Assembly: GCA_963701785.1 (NCBI GenBank)
Contig: CAVPBC010000003.1
Span: 320,271 to 384,270 of the forward strand
Direction: 5' to 3'
DNA: 64,000 nt
Source: an uncultured Bacteroidales bacterium
GTDB lineage: Bacteria > Bacteroidota > Bacteroidia > Bacteroidales > JAGOPY01
Every line of letters starts with the position of its first letter. Position 1 is the first letter of the stretch. Under the pieces are notes generated by a model that made no database searches, was not told the origin of the DNA, and saw only the letters and a program-made list of their open reading frames with translations. Made by a program: the position numbers and the translations under genes. Of this stretch, positions 37,991 through 52,870 are shown piece by piece.

Positions 37991-38083
37991 AAAAATCTTT
38001 AGTCTGAATCGACTATAATTTTTTAAAATTGACATGCGAAGAAAGAAAATACAGTTTGGAATGGAATATCTTAACATTTAGCA

Positions 38084-40997
<2,914 letters not shown>

Positions 40998-41145
40998 TGC
41001 TAATCTAGTAGAATGTCAGGATAATCCAGACATTCTGTATTTTCTTTCAACATGTCAAAGAACTTTATTCCCAAATTGATTGGGAATCTCCCCGCTTGTT
41101 GGGGAACCCTTTTTTTGAAGAGCTCCCCGCTTCCGCGGGGTTTCG

Positions 41146-41219
41146 TGGAGAATATCGGATTCGAACCGATGACCCCTAGCTTGCAAAGCTAGTGCTCTAG
41201 CCAGCTGAGCTAATCCCCC
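41146..41219 (-). tRNA. tRNA-Ala (anticodon TGC)
   Basis: The reverse complement gggggattagctcagctggctagagcactagctttgcaagctaggggtcatcggttcgaatccgatattctcca forms a cloverleaf with the G3:U70 pair. Confidence 0.9.
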
Positions 41220-41236
41220 AAAACGATAATTATACG

Positions 41237-41310
41237 TAGTCCCGCGCAGATTTGAACTGCGGACCCCTACATTATCAGTGTAGTGCTCTAACCAACTGAG
41301 CTACGGGACT
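41237..41310 (-). tRNA. tRNA-Ile (anticodon GAT)
   Basis: The reverse complement reads agtcccgtagctcagttggttagagcactacactgataatgtaggggtccgcagttcaaatctgcgcgggacta. Confidence 0.9.
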
Positions 41311-41468
41311 ATACCTTTACCGCTAGGCAAGGCTTGCTTCCTGTGCTCTATAGGAAGATACGTTACACTGCTCGTTTTGGAACAAGCCTAATTAAATATA
41401 AAGATGAAGCAGCAGCGGAGCAAACTCGCTTTCCGATTAATAACCGGTTTTTGACAGCAAATCACTCT

Positions 41469-42989
<1,521 letters not shown>

Positions 42990-43142
42990 GTAATAATGAA
43001 TTATTTAATCTCTTGGACTTGCAATTTCACCATATTTGGAGTATTAATCTTGGAGCTTATTTGCTTCCGCTAGGCTTGCTTCAATCTTATCAAAGAACTT
43101 TTTTTGTTTCCTTTTTGACCGTTTTAAAAATCAAAAGGGCTG

Positions 43143-43150
43143 CAAAGATA
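43143..43150 (-). promoter_or_regulatory. putative rRNA promoter -7 box (proximal)
   Basis: The reverse complement reads tatctttg, about 150 nt upstream of the 16S 5' end. Confidence 0.35.
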
Positions 43151-43289
43151 TAACCTTTTTTTAATCCAGCAAACATTTCTAAAAAAATATTATTTATTTT
43201 TTCGGAAACGGGCACCTAAGATAATAATTATTTGCCCTGTTTGCAAGAGTTTTCAGCTATTTTTTAAAGAACAATTTCAAATGAGGGTG

Positions 43290-43297
43290 CAAAGGTA
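43290..43297 (-). promoter_or_regulatory. putative rRNA promoter -7 box (distal)
   Basis: The reverse complement reads tacctttg, within ggtgcaaaggtaaaa. The same context occurs upstream of ppdK. Confidence 0.35.
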
Positions 43298-43467
43298 AAA
43301 ACATTTTCCAATATACAACACCTAATCAAAATAAAAATCAATTATAGATATTAACACTGGTTGATAAACCATTTAATATATAGATAATCAGCAATATATA
43401 CCATAGATGTTTTATCAAAAATATGCTTTGTGCCAGGAATTGTTTCGGGATGAATGCCGTTCTTACC

Positions 43468-44142
43468 TTATATTTTGGATTGGTGTTCCAACTCTTTCAT
43501 GATATTCCGGTAACCAGGCGTAAGCTTGAAGATGACATTTGTCGAAGTGTGCTCCATCTCAAGAAGGCCAAGCATGATGAAATCGACCAAAATTCTTTCG
43601 GCCTGAATGGAAGTTAAACCGGCTATACGGCGGTATTTCGAAATGGTTATGCCAGGGTTGCTCTCCAGGTACGACAGCAATTCCCTTTGAGATTCCCTGA
43701 ACCGGACTGTCGTGGCTAATCCTGACTTCCGTCTCTCCCATACACTCAACAAAACCTTGTTTGCCTTGAAATTCTGGTCACCCTGGCGGATATAAGCCAC
43801 CCAGCGCCCTTCAGGGTCCTGTGCCAGGTAAGGCCTGTTCCCGCCCTTGCCTATTATGACTTCAACAACTCTTTTGCCTTCTACCTGCCATTCACGGACC
43901 TTTAATTCAACTTCAGGCTTACAATACATTTTTGCCGCACCATCTACCATAAAGTATTCTTCCTCTGACCTGACCCCGGCGATGGAGCCATTATCCTTTA
44001 CCCCAACCAGCAACCTGCCGCCATCGGTGTTGGAAAATGCTACCAGCGTTCGGGAAATCTTCCGGAAATCCGACACTTCGAATTTAAAGTCAAGCATCTG
44101 GTGCTCCCCTTCAGCAATTAGTCTTTTAATATAATCCGACAT
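43468..44142 (-). CDS. AlbA_2 (Schlafen-like) DNA-binding domain protein with a C-terminal winged-helix region
   Basis: Translation has EGEHQMLDFKFEVSDFRKISRTLVAFSNTDGGRLLVGVKDNGSIAGV. ATG 44142 is preferred as the start. Confidence 0.55.
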   Translation of the reverse strand: MSDYIKRLIAEGEHQMLDFKFEVSDFRKISRTLVAFSNTDGGRLLVGVKDNGSIAGVRSEEEYFMVDGAAKMYCKPEVELKVREWQVEGKRVVEVIIGKGGNRPYLAQDPEGRWVAYIRQGDQNFKANKVLLSVWERRKSGLATTVRFRESQRELLSYLESNPGITISKYRRIAGLTSIQAERILVDFIMLGLLEMEHTSTNVIFKLTPGYRNIMKELEHQSKI

Positions 44143-44171
44143 AAAAAATCCGGGATAAGGCAAAAGCAAAG

Positions 44172-44687
44172 TTAACCCCTTCTTGCAATTCCTATCAATT
44201 CATATTTGAATGCATCCTTTATGATCAGGAACAATGCGATGATATAAAAGCTATCCATGAGGAGGTCGTATAAAAATCTGATGGTTGTGGAATTATAATA
44301 CGATGTAAGCAGGATAACATAAATAAGTTGAATAATGAAAAATATCAGGATATTCTCAATAGCCGAGCGTGTTGCAAGTTTTCGGGGCAGATTGAAAAAG
44401 AGCAGTATCTGCCAGGTCATGATCATAATAAAAGGTAATAAGATAAGATCAGCTTTTTGCGGGTATGATCCCTTTCTGCCGTCGATGATTGTATCAACTA
44501 TAAAAGTCGGGGCGCCTTCTACCATTTTAAGGCCAACCTGTGTGTCTGATGAAAATATTAACAGGATGTTTGCCCCCAACCGCAGCAGTTGGGCATAGAT
44601 CCAGTCAAGCCCGTTGAACCACAGGACCACCAACAGGCTTGATGCTCCTACCACAATAAGGACATTAACTAATTTCTTTTGTTTCAT
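44172..44687 (-). CDS. multi-pass membrane protein, translationally coupled to the exosortase-like gene (possible exosortase-F-associated protein)
   Basis: Has four to five hydrophobic helices. Its start overlaps the upstream stop (ATGA at 44684-44687). Confidence 0.4.
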   Translation of the reverse strand: MKQKKLVNVLIVVGASSLLVVLWFNGLDWIYAQLLRLGANILLIFSSDTQVGLKMVEGAPTFIVDTIIDGRKGSYPQKADLILLPFIMIMTWQILLFFNLPRKLATRSAIENILIFFIIQLIYVILLTSYYNSTTIRFLYDLLMDSFYIIALFLIIKDAFKYELIGIARRG

Positions 44688-45322
44688 GTTTGCGGATCTC
44701 GGGGTTGAAAATCAGGATTGTTGACTTTATCACGCCATGCCCAGACACCAAAGATCATAAATCCAAAAAGTATATTCCATATATAGTCGTGAGTGGTGTC
44801 AAACATCTCAGGATAATACCTGCCGATATAACCCATGGCAAAAAATCGAAGGATGTTGGTGAGGAAGATCACCCCGAAGAAAATGAACAGGTTGATCACT
44901 TTATATTTCAGCGACCAGTTGGCGAAAACCGCCAGGGCAATAGCAAACAGGTAAAAATTATAAGCGGTGCATTCTACAATAATTTCCATCGGAAAACCAT
45001 CGATCATGATACCAGAAAAGCTCAGTTTCTGAATAGGGATGAAGAGGATTTTTCCTACTATCAAAGTAGAATTAACAGAGAATCCTACGAACATATTGCG
45101 GAAATCCTCTCTAATACCGGGTATGTGGACAATGATGACCAGCAGAAACCACAGGGCGAATGCTTTGATGAGCGGCAATAATTTAATGAGCAATTCTTTG
45201 CTGAAAAGCGGCATTTTCGGTCTGGCCGATTTTGGCCCTTTAACCTGTCTAAATCCAGGTGAAGAGTTTTGCTGAGTCTTTTTCGATTCGGGCTGACGCC
45301 GGGTTTCTTTTTGTTTTTTCAA
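44684..45322 (-). CDS. exosortase/archaeosortase-family membrane protein (XrtF-like, tentative)
   Basis: A polytopic protein with ordered Cys (IVECTAYNF), Arg (NILRFF) and His (THDYIWN) in TM-proximal positions, as in the exosortase catalytic arrangement. Confidence 0.4.
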   Translation of the reverse strand: MKKQKETRRQPESKKTQQNSSPGFRQVKGPKSARPKMPLFSKELLIKLLPLIKAFALWFLLVIIVHIPGIREDFRNMFVGFSVNSTLIVGKILFIPIQKLSFSGIMIDGFPMEIIVECTAYNFYLFAIALAVFANWSLKYKVINLFIFFGVIFLTNILRFFAMGYIGRYYPEMFDTTHDYIWNILFGFMIFGVWAWRDKVNNPDFQPRDPQT

Positions 45323-45550
45323 TCCAGTAAGATTTGGCCCGTAAAAATAGAAAAAGAAATCAGAATATTAAATACGGTGCATGCTTTATTGTGATCACTG
45401 CATTTTAAAGCCATGATTGTATTACCTTTCCCGGTTTCAGGGATAAATACCGGATGGTGGTTTAAATAGCGTTTCGGGCCGGCGGAAAATTTTTCCATAA
45501 CCGGCCCGGGCGCTTTTGTAATAAGTAAGGTTCAGGGAAAAAAAATTGAT

Positions 45551-46018
45551 CTAGATGAATTCGAGATTATTCTTATCCGTGGTCTTTTCACAATAGATAC
45601 ACTCCAGGCGAAGATCTACCTTATCCGTTACATTGAATTTCGTGGGGATTTTTTCATGGTTAGTGATACAGTTCGGGTTGAAGCAACGCACGAACCTGTT
45701 GATCTGGTCAGGAATTTCCACCTTTTTCTTTTCTACGACCTGGTAATTGCGAATGACGATCAGGGTGGCAGATGGCGCGACCAGGGCGATCTTATTAATT
45801 TCATCACTTTGAAAAAACAGGTTGGCCACTTTTATAATGCCTTTGCGCCCGTATTTTTTACTCTCGAGGTTGGTCCCGAAGAGAATCTGTTCCCTGCAAT
45901 CTGCAAGACCCAGTATTTTAACGACCTGAAAGACGCTTTTTGCCGGGATATGGTCTATCACCGTTCCGTTCTCTATTGCAGATACCTGCAATTCCTTCCT
46001 AGTCTTATTCTCATCCAT
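45551..46018 (-). CDS. pyrI: aspartate carbamoyltransferase regulatory subunit
   Basis: Translation has VSAIENGTVIDHIPA and the zinc cysteines CFNPNCITNHE...CIYCEK. Confidence 0.88.
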   Translation of the reverse strand: MDENKTRKELQVSAIENGTVIDHIPAKSVFQVVKILGLADCREQILFGTNLESKKYGRKGIIKVANLFFQSDEINKIALVAPSATLIVIRNYQVVEKKKVEIPDQINRFVRCFNPNCITNHEKIPTKFNVTDKVDLRLECIYCEKTTDKNNLEFI

Positions 46019-46060
46019 AATAAATGATTCAAATTAAAAATTAAAAATTAAAAATGAAAA

Positions 46061-46099
46061 CTCAGAACTCAGAACTCAGAACTCAGAACTCAAAATTCA
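46061..46099. repeat. tandem (cagaact)n words
   Basis: ctcagaactcagaactcagaactcagaactcaaaattcag, between pyrB and pyrI. Confidence 0.75.
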
Positions 46100-46102
46100 G
46101 CA

Positions 46103-47012
46103 TCATACCACCCCAAGTATCGATGCCAGTAATGCCTGTCTTACGTAGACGCCATTCTGGGCCTGCCGGAAATAATAGGCCATCGGGTTCGTATCGACAT
46201 CCACTTCAATTTCATTGACCCTGGGAAGAGGATGGAGGACCCTCATAGTAGGCTTTGCACCTTGCAGCATTTCGTTTTTAAGAATATATGCATTCTTCAC
46301 CCTTTCGTATTCAATCGGATCAGAAAATCTTTCTTTCTGAATGCGTGTCATATAAAGAATATCGACCTGGGGGATGACTTCATTCATGTCAGTGTATTGA
46401 AAGTAATCAAGCTTGTTTTCCTTGATCTTTCTTTTGACATAACTGGGTAATTTAAGTTCCTCAGGTGAAACCAGGTGAAAAGTTGCATTAAAGTTGCACA
46501 TGGCAAAGGTAAGGGAGTGAACCGTCCTGCCGTATTTCAGGTCACCTACAAAAGCAATCTGGAGATTATCCAGTTTTCCCTGTGTTTTCCTTATGGAATA
46601 CATATCGAGAAGGGTTTGTGTAGGATGCTGGTTGGCGCCGTCTCCGGCATTGATGATGGGTACCGGGCTGACTTCGCTGGCAAAACGCGCACTGCCTTCC
46701 CTGGGATGACGCATGACGATGATATCAGCGTAATTACTGACAGTCAGAATGGTGTCGTTCAGCGATTCACCTTTTGAAACGCTTGAGGACCCGGCTTCCG
46801 AAAAGCCGATTACCTGCGCTCCAAGCCGTGGATGCAGCACTTTCGAAACTTAGCCGTGTGCGGGTTGAAGGTTCAAAAAATAATGTAGCGACAACATATC
46901 CTTCCAGGATATTCTGGACAGGCTTATTCTCAAACCCTTCAGCCAGGTCAAGAATACGGAGTTGTTCTTCCTTTGTGTAATCGTCAATGGAGACCAGGCC
47001 TTTGTTTTTCAT
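46103..47012 (-). pseudogene. pyrB: aspartate carbamoyltransferase catalytic subunit, one frame break near 46840; probably intact in reality
   Basis: Translation has [16 protein letters not shown] then RLGAQVIGF...SKGESL.DT...MRHP...INAGDG.NQHPTQ.LLD...[12 protein letters not shown]...HPLPRV.EI. Confidence 0.88.
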
Positions 47013-47044
47013 AAACTTGGGAAAGAATGTTGGAGATTGTTAAA

Positions 47045-48382
47045 TCATTTCAATCCGTGCTTTTTGACAAATTCATCCAGGATGCTTACGAGATCCGGAT
47101 CGCCAATTTCCTGCAGATCATAATATACCCTTGTATTGGGTTTATTGATCTTTATAATACGGTTCAGGTCGATTGGAGTTCCAATGATAACGGAATCACA
47201 ATCAGTTTTGTTGATGGTTTCTTCAAGGTCTTTAAGTTGTTGTTCGCCATAACCCATTGCCGGCAGCAGGGTACCGATATTAGGATAGATTTCGAAGGTC
47301 CTTGTCAGTTTACCGACCGTAAATGGCCTGGGGTCCACCAGCTCTGCAGCGCCGTATTTTTGAGCGGCAACGGTACCGGCCCCTATTTTCATTTCACCAT
47401 GTGTAAGTGTAGGTCCGTCTTCAATCACCAAAACTCTTTTCCCTCTTATTAAAGAAGGATTATCAACCTTAATAGGCGAAGCGGCATCGACCACGATAGC
47501 TTTCGGATTCACTTTTGCAATGCTTTCCCTCACTGTCTGGATACCTTTGCCATCAGCCGTGTCAATTTTATTGATAACAACGACATCAGCCAGGCGGAGG
47601 GTCACTTCACCGGGATAATAACCAAGTTCATGGCCGGGACGATGGGGGTCAACTACAGTAAAGTTCAGGTCGGGTTTATAAAAAGGGAAATCATTATTTC
47701 CGCCGTCCCATAAAATCACATCACAACCATCCGGATCCTGTTCAGCTGCCCTGAGGATAGCTTCGTAATCGACACCGGCATAAATAACATTTCCTCTGAC
47801 CACATGGGGCTCATATTCTTCCATTTCCTCGACCGTACATTTGTGTTTGGCAAGGTCAGCGATTGTTGCAAAGCGCTGGACTTTCTGTTCGACCAGGTTT
47901 CCATAAGGCATGGGATGCCTGATAGCAACTACTTTCAAGCCTTTTTCCATCAGGATTTCTATCACTCGGCGTGATGTCTGGCTTTTACCACAGCCTGTCC
48001 TGACAGCACCAACGGCAATAACCGGCTTGGTTGATTTAACCATAGTGTCTTTTGGGCCCAGCAGCATGAAATTTGCACCTGCAGCATTGACGATTGCGCT
48101 TACTGCCATTACTTTCTGGTAAGTGACATCGCTATACGAAAATACGCAAATATCAACTTTCATTTCATTGATCAGCCGTGGAAGGTTTTCTTCGGCGAAA
48201 ATGGGGATGCCTTCAGGATAGAGGTGACCAGCTAACTGAGCCGGGTACTTCCTGCCATCGATGTCAGGGATCTGGGCAGCCGTAAACGCCACCACGTTGT
48301 AAGATTCATTGCCGCGAAAATAGGTGTTGAAGTTGTGAAAGTCTCTTCCTGCAGCTCCGATAATGATCACATTTTTCTTCAT
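47045..48382 (-). CDS. COG2403-type predicted GTPase (cyclic 2,3-diphosphoglycerate synthetase-like)
   Basis: Translation has KNVIIIGAAGRDFHNFN and the P-loop-like GAVRTGCGKSQTS. It sits 32 nt upstream of pyrB on the same strand. Confidence 0.5.
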   Translation of the reverse strand: MKKNVIIIGAAGRDFHNFNTYFRGNESYNVVAFTAAQIPDIDGRKYPAQLAGHLYPEGIPIFAEENLPRLINEMKVDICVFSYSDVTYQKVMAVSAIVNAAGANFMLLGPKDTMVKSTKPVIAVGAVRTGCGKSQTSRRVIEILMEKGLKVVAIRHPMPYGNLVEQKVQRFATIADLAKHKCTVEEMEEYEPHVVRGNVIYAGVDYEAILRAAEQDPDGCDVILWDGGNNDFPFYKPDLNFTVVDPHRPGHELGYYPGEVTLRLADVVVINKIDTADGKGIQTVRESIAKVNPKAIVVDAASPIKVDNPSLIRGKRVLVIEDGPTLTHGEMKIGAGTVAAQKYGAAELVDPRPFTVGKLTRTFEIYPNIGTLLPAMGYGEQQLKDLEETINKTDCDSVIIGTPIDLNRIIKINKPNTRVYYDLQEIGDPDLVSILDEFVKKHGLK

Positions 48383-48422
48383 TACGTAAGCTTTTAAAAG
48401 TTAGTGATTGATTTATTTTGAA

Positions 48423-48430
48423 CAAAGATA
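48423..48430 (-). promoter_or_regulatory. putative -7 box for the COG2403-pyrBI unit
   Basis: The reverse complement reads tatctttg, about 40 nt before ATG 48382. Confidence 0.4.
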
Positions 48431-48491
48431 GAACTTTAACTTGAAATCGAAAGTCCTGGAAATTGATTTTTTGAAGAAGTCTTAAATTCGC

Positions 48492-48499
48492 TATTTTTG
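48492..48499 (+). promoter_or_regulatory. putative -7 box for argS
   Basis: tatttttg lies 19 nt before ATG 48519. Confidence 0.4.
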
Positions 48500-48518
48500 G
48501 GGTCCTGATTCATCAATA

Positions 48519-50309
48519 ATGATAGAAACAATACTCGCAGAAAAGGCGGCAGAAGCAATCAGCCAGTTATTTAACAAATACCCGGATCCTTCAATGGTTA
48601 CAGTTCAGAAGACACGACCGGAATTTGAAGGAGATCTTACCATAGTTGTTTTCCCGCTCACCCGTTTTTCAGGCAAATCACCTGAAGAAACAGGCAGAGC
48701 AATCGGTGACCGGCTTCAGCAAAATGTTGACTTCATCACCTCTTTCAATGTGGTTAAAGGTTTCCTGAATTTAGTGATCAGTGATGATTACTGGCTGGAT
48801 TTCTTTTCGTCAAGCCTGGCTGATCCTGCCTTTGGTTTCCTGCCGGAAGATGGAAGCCCGCCTATTGTTATCGAATATTCTTCGCCAAACACAAACAAAC
48901 CTTTACACCTGGGGCATATCCGGAATAATCTCCTGGGATGGTCGATTGCAGAAATATTAAAAGCCAACGGTAAAAAAGTCATTAAAGTGAACCTGGTCAA
49001 TGACCGGGGCATCCACATTTGCAAAACTATGCTGGCATACCGGAAATGGGCAGATGGTGTTTTACCGGAGAAAAAGGGATTAAAAGGGGATAAATTCGTC
49101 GGTAGTCTTTATGTTAAATTTGAACAGGCCAATAAAAAGGAAATTGAGGGACTGGTCTCTAAAGGTTTTTCAGAAGATGAAGCCTACAAGCAATCGGGCC
49201 TGACACAGCAGGCACTTGACCTTTTACAGCAATGGGAGAGTGGTGACAAGGAGACGAGGGAGCTATGGAACACCATGAATAGCTGGGTTTACAAAGGATT
49301 TGACCAGACATACAAACGGTTGGGCGTTGATTTCGACCAGATTTATTATGAATCGGAGACCTATCTTCTGGGTAAAGAGTTAGTAAAGGAGGGGTTGGAA
49401 AAAGGGGTTTTTTACAGGAAGGATGACGGTTCGGTCTGGGTTGACCTGGAGGATTTTAAGCTGGATGAAAAGCTACTTTTAAGAGCAGATGGGACCTCTG
49501 TCTATATCACTCAGGATCTTGGAACCGCTCAACTGAGGGTTGATGATTACAAACCCGGGCAACTTTTATATGTGGTTGGCAATGAACAGATCTATCATTT
49601 TGATGTCCTCAAGATATTACTGAAGCTTCTCGGCCGGGAATGGTCAGACCGGATTTTGCATGTTTCTTATGGAATGGTAGAACTCCCCCAGGGGAAGATG
49701 AAATCACGGGAGGGAACTGTTGTTGATGCAGATGACCTGATGGATGAAATGTATGAAACCGCCAAAAAAACAACTTCTGAACTTGGCAAACTTGATAATC
49801 CCGATGACCTTGAGTGGAAAGAGCTGTTTGAAATGCTTGGAATGGGGGCTTTAAAGTATTTTATCCTGCGTGTCGATCCCAGGAAGAATATGATGTTCAA
49901 CCCGGAAGAGTCAATCGATTTCAATGGGCATACAGGGCCATTTATACAATATACTCATGCCAGGGTCAGGTCGTTGCTGTTGAAAGCAGAGGGCAGGGGG
50001 CATAGGGCAAAAGGATTTGTCAGACCGGATGAATTTGAATTAAATCCAAAAGAGAAAAGCATCCTTAAAATATTATACGATTTCCCGACCGTAATTTCTG
50101 AGGCCGGGAAAAACCTCAGCCCGGCTGTCCTTGCAAGCTATTGCTATGACCTGGCAAAGGAATATAACCAGTTTTACCAGGAAATTCCTGTCCTCCGTGA
50201 ACCCGACACCCAGAAAATACACTTCCGGCTTGCCCTGTCAGAATTTACAGGACAGGTGTTAAAAAGAGGTTTAAGCCTGCTCGGGATACAGGTGCCGGAG
50301 AAGATGTAG
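48519..50309 (+). CDS. argS: arginine--tRNA ligase
   Basis: Translation has SSPNTNKPLHLGHIRNNLLG (HIGH region), GKMKSREGTVV (KMSKS-like region) and a C-terminal DALR-type anticodon-binding region. Confidence 0.9.
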   Translation: MIETILAEKAAEAISQLFNKYPDPSMVTVQKTRPEFEGDLTIVVFPLTRFSGKSPEETGRAIGDRLQQNVDFITSFNVVKGFLNLVISDDYWLDFFSSSLADPAFGFLPEDGSPPIVIEYSSPNTNKPLHLGHIRNNLLGWSIAEILKANGKKVIKVNLVNDRGIHICKTMLAYRKWADGVLPEKKGLKGDKFVGSLYVKFEQANKKEIEGLVSKGFSEDEAYKQSGLTQQALDLLQQWESGDKETRELWNTMNSWVYKGFDQTYKRLGVDFDQIYYESETYLLGKELVKEGLEKGVFYRKDDGSVWVDLEDFKLDEKLLLRADGTSVYITQDLGTAQLRVDDYKPGQLLYVVGNEQIYHFDVLKILLKLLGREWSDRILHVSYGMVELPQGKMKSREGTVVDADDLMDEMYETAKKTTSELGKLDNPDDLEWKELFEMLGMGALKYFILRVDPRKNMMFNPEESIDFNGHTGPFIQYTHARVRSLLLKAEGRGHRAKGFVRPDEFELNPKEKSILKILYDFPTVISEAGKNLSPAVLASYCYDLAKEYNQFYQEIPVLREPDTQKIHFRLALSEFTGQVLKRGLSLLGIQVPEKM

Positions 50310-50310
50310 A

Positions 50311-50362
50311 TCGGTCAGCGGTCAGCGGTCGGCGGTCAGCGGTCGGCGGTCAGACGGTCGGC
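50311..50362. repeat. (GGTCAG/GGTCGG C)n array, the inverse orientation of the GCTGAC arrays
   Basis: tcggtcagcggtcagcggtcggcggtcagcggtcggcggtcagacggtcggc, between convergent genes. Confidence 0.8.
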
Positions 50363-50366
50363 ATTG

Positions 50367-51317
50367 TTAGTTTTCCCAGATTTTCTTAAATAGCCCGCCT
50401 TCTTTTCCGTTAAAAGTTGATCCCGGATTGGCAGTTGAGGTAATAATATAAGCCATATTTGTGTCTGCGACCGGGTAAGCCTGGATTTCAACAGGTGTAA
50501 AATTATTTCCTTCGATCGTCAAAGAGTGGCTGGGGGAAGACTGGAAAACATCCTGGTCTGCAAATTTACTACCGCTGAGCCGGGCTAAAGTCGAACGGTA
50601 CTTTGCCATGCTGGCTGAATCGGCAGGTGATCCATTGAGCAGCCATCTGCCATCCTGGTTTTCGATAACTTTCCTGTCACCAGGCTGGTTGACAATGATA
50701 CGTGTTATATCTTCAGGATTAATACTGGAAAGGCTGCGGTAACGGTAGGCATCCGTATTGCCACTGACACCCATCTTTAAATATCCGTCAACCGCGTAAA
50801 CATCCTTTTCACCAACAAGGCGCACATAGGTTGTCATATCGCCCCTTTGCTGCTGCCGGGATTGCATTTGCTGCTGCTGGTCCTTTGGCATGCTGTATGA
50901 AAATTTCCCGATATAGATCTCTGCCACAGTTTTATCTGCTGCTTTGAGGGTAACCAATGAGGCTGCGGAATCGGTCACTTCATATTTAACCCATGCATCA
51001 GTGCCTTTGCCGGCATATCGCTTGGTCGACAGATCACTTAATTGTTTGAGTATATTTTTAACGACATTGCTATCGGCCGGGTAATCACGGCCACCCTTCT
51101 TTACGATCCATTTATCTCCGCTCAGCCTGAGATCGACGGATTCCTGTCCACTTTTGGGATCCTTTACCAGGATTTGCGTAATGGCCGTTTCATCAAACGT
51201 CAGTATTTTATCTTTAAAGGTCCTGTCATCTGTGCGCGAATAACGGACAATCAAATAAGCGATCATTAAAACAGCCAGGATAATGATCAGTACACCAGAA
51301 CTGAATTTTTTAAACAT
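50367..51317 (-). CDS. DUF4340-like protein, last gene of the gldA/F/G-type operon
   Basis: An N-terminal TM anchor plus its position directly after gldG, as is usual. The family call is from memory. Confidence 0.5.
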   Translation of the reverse strand: MFKKFSSGVLIIILAVLMIAYLIVRYSRTDDRTFKDKILTFDETAITQILVKDPKSGQESVDLRLSGDKWIVKKGGRDYPADSNVVKNILKQLSDLSTKRYAGKGTDAWVKYEVTDSAASLVTLKAADKTVAEIYIGKFSYSMPKDQQQQMQSRQQQRGDMTTYVRLVGEKDVYAVDGYLKMGVSGNTDAYRYRSLSSINPEDITRIIVNQPGDRKVIENQDGRWLLNGSPADSASMAKYRSTLARLSGSKFADQDVFQSSPSHSLTIEGNNFTPVEIQAYPVADTNMAYIITSTANPGSTFNGKEGGLFKKIWEN

Positions 51318-52834
51318 ATCCTTCCTCCATTCTTTTTACTCTTAAACTCCTGTTCCTTTGATTTCTGAAAATACCGTACAAGATGATCAGGATGATAGGG
51401 AGCAGGAAATTAAGCCATTTAAGAAATAATTTCCTTCCTTCGTCCACTTCATCCAGCGGTCGTGCTGTGATGGCCTTGGTGCGCAGGTCGATCAGTCCGG
51501 TTTCATCTGAAAGCCAGTCGACCGCATTTACCATCAGGTTAATATTATCGGGCTGCAATTGTTGCGGGCGCTGCCCTTCGCCATTGACGGGGAAATCGCC
51601 ATCACCGACCAGGACGATCCTAGAACCGGCACTGCCGGAAATACTGCCTGAAAGCACCCCGGCTACTGTCATCCCTGACAGGGGAAAGTCCCTGTCGGTC
51701 CATTTTTTATTAACGTCAAAATAAAGCGGTGGATTAACGGTACCTGATTTTTGGGATGAAAAAGCAAGCGGGGTAAAAGTCATGCTGGTATCCCCGTTAT
51801 ATTGAATGGTACTTGCAAAAGGCAGGAGAACCTGCTCAAGTCCTTTGGTAACCGGATGGTCGGCGAATTTCTGGATGACCGGCAGGTAAGGAAAACTGAT
51901 GTTGGTCGTATAGCTCATAAAACCGGTCTGTTGCTGAACCCCTACATTATCCGCATGTGGCATCAACGAGGAAATTGTTGTCAACAAAAAGGCCTTTCCC
52001 GCCCAGCCAATCCTCGAGACCGGTATAAATGGAAGAACCGCTAACCGTAGAGAAATCGCCTTTCACCTTATTATAGGCAATGAAAAGGTTACCTCCGCGG
52101 GAAAGATACTGGTCCAATATGCCCAGGTGATCAGGTGGTATAGTGTCTGTTGGTGCGACCATAGCAATCGCCTCATATTTCATCAGATCGGCAGATGGGT
52201 CATCCAGGTTTATTTCCTGCACCGAGTAAAGAATACCCAGGGATGCCATTACCTGCTGCAAAGCATTCATAGATGGTTCTCCATGGCCCTGGACATAACC
52301 GACAAGGGGCTTTTGAGTGACTGAAAGTTTCTTGATCGAGGAGGACAGCGAATACTCCATGGCTGTTCCTGACTGGACCACAGGGATGATCTCCTTATCA
52401 TTTCCCATTTTCAGGACGGCACCCAGGAACACTCTTTTCTGGGTCATCTGGTCCCTTTCCCTGACGTTGACAATATTTGGCATAATGCCTTCCTGCATGG
52501 CCTTTTGTTCTGATTCCTGGTCTTTGTTCGGATCGATAAATTCATATACCAGGTTTCCTTTTGCTACATTAGCATACTCTATCAGCATGTCCTTAAAGTC
52601 AGTCCTTGCCTGCAGCAGCTGTGGGGGGACATCTTCCGTAAAATATGCCGTGACCGTTACTGGTTCTTCCAGCGAGCGAAGGATGTTTTTTGTTGCTTTG
52701 CTCAAAGTATAGCTATTGTCGGCGGTCAGGTCAAGCCGGAAATACAATTGTTCAGAAATAATGTTGACGACGATTACGATCCCGATCATCAGCAGGACCT
52801 GGGTTGCCATCGATTTTCCACCTTTCTTTTTCAT
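51310..52834 (-). pseudogene. gldG: GldG-type ABC-transporter auxiliary component, one frame break near 51965
   Basis: ORFs 51947-52834 and 51310-51987 join into one protein with N- and C-terminal TM anchors. It lies downstream of the gldF-like permease. Confidence 0.65.
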
Positions 52835-52870
52835 ATCCTATGATTTCTCAGATTTCAGACTAAAGTTTGG

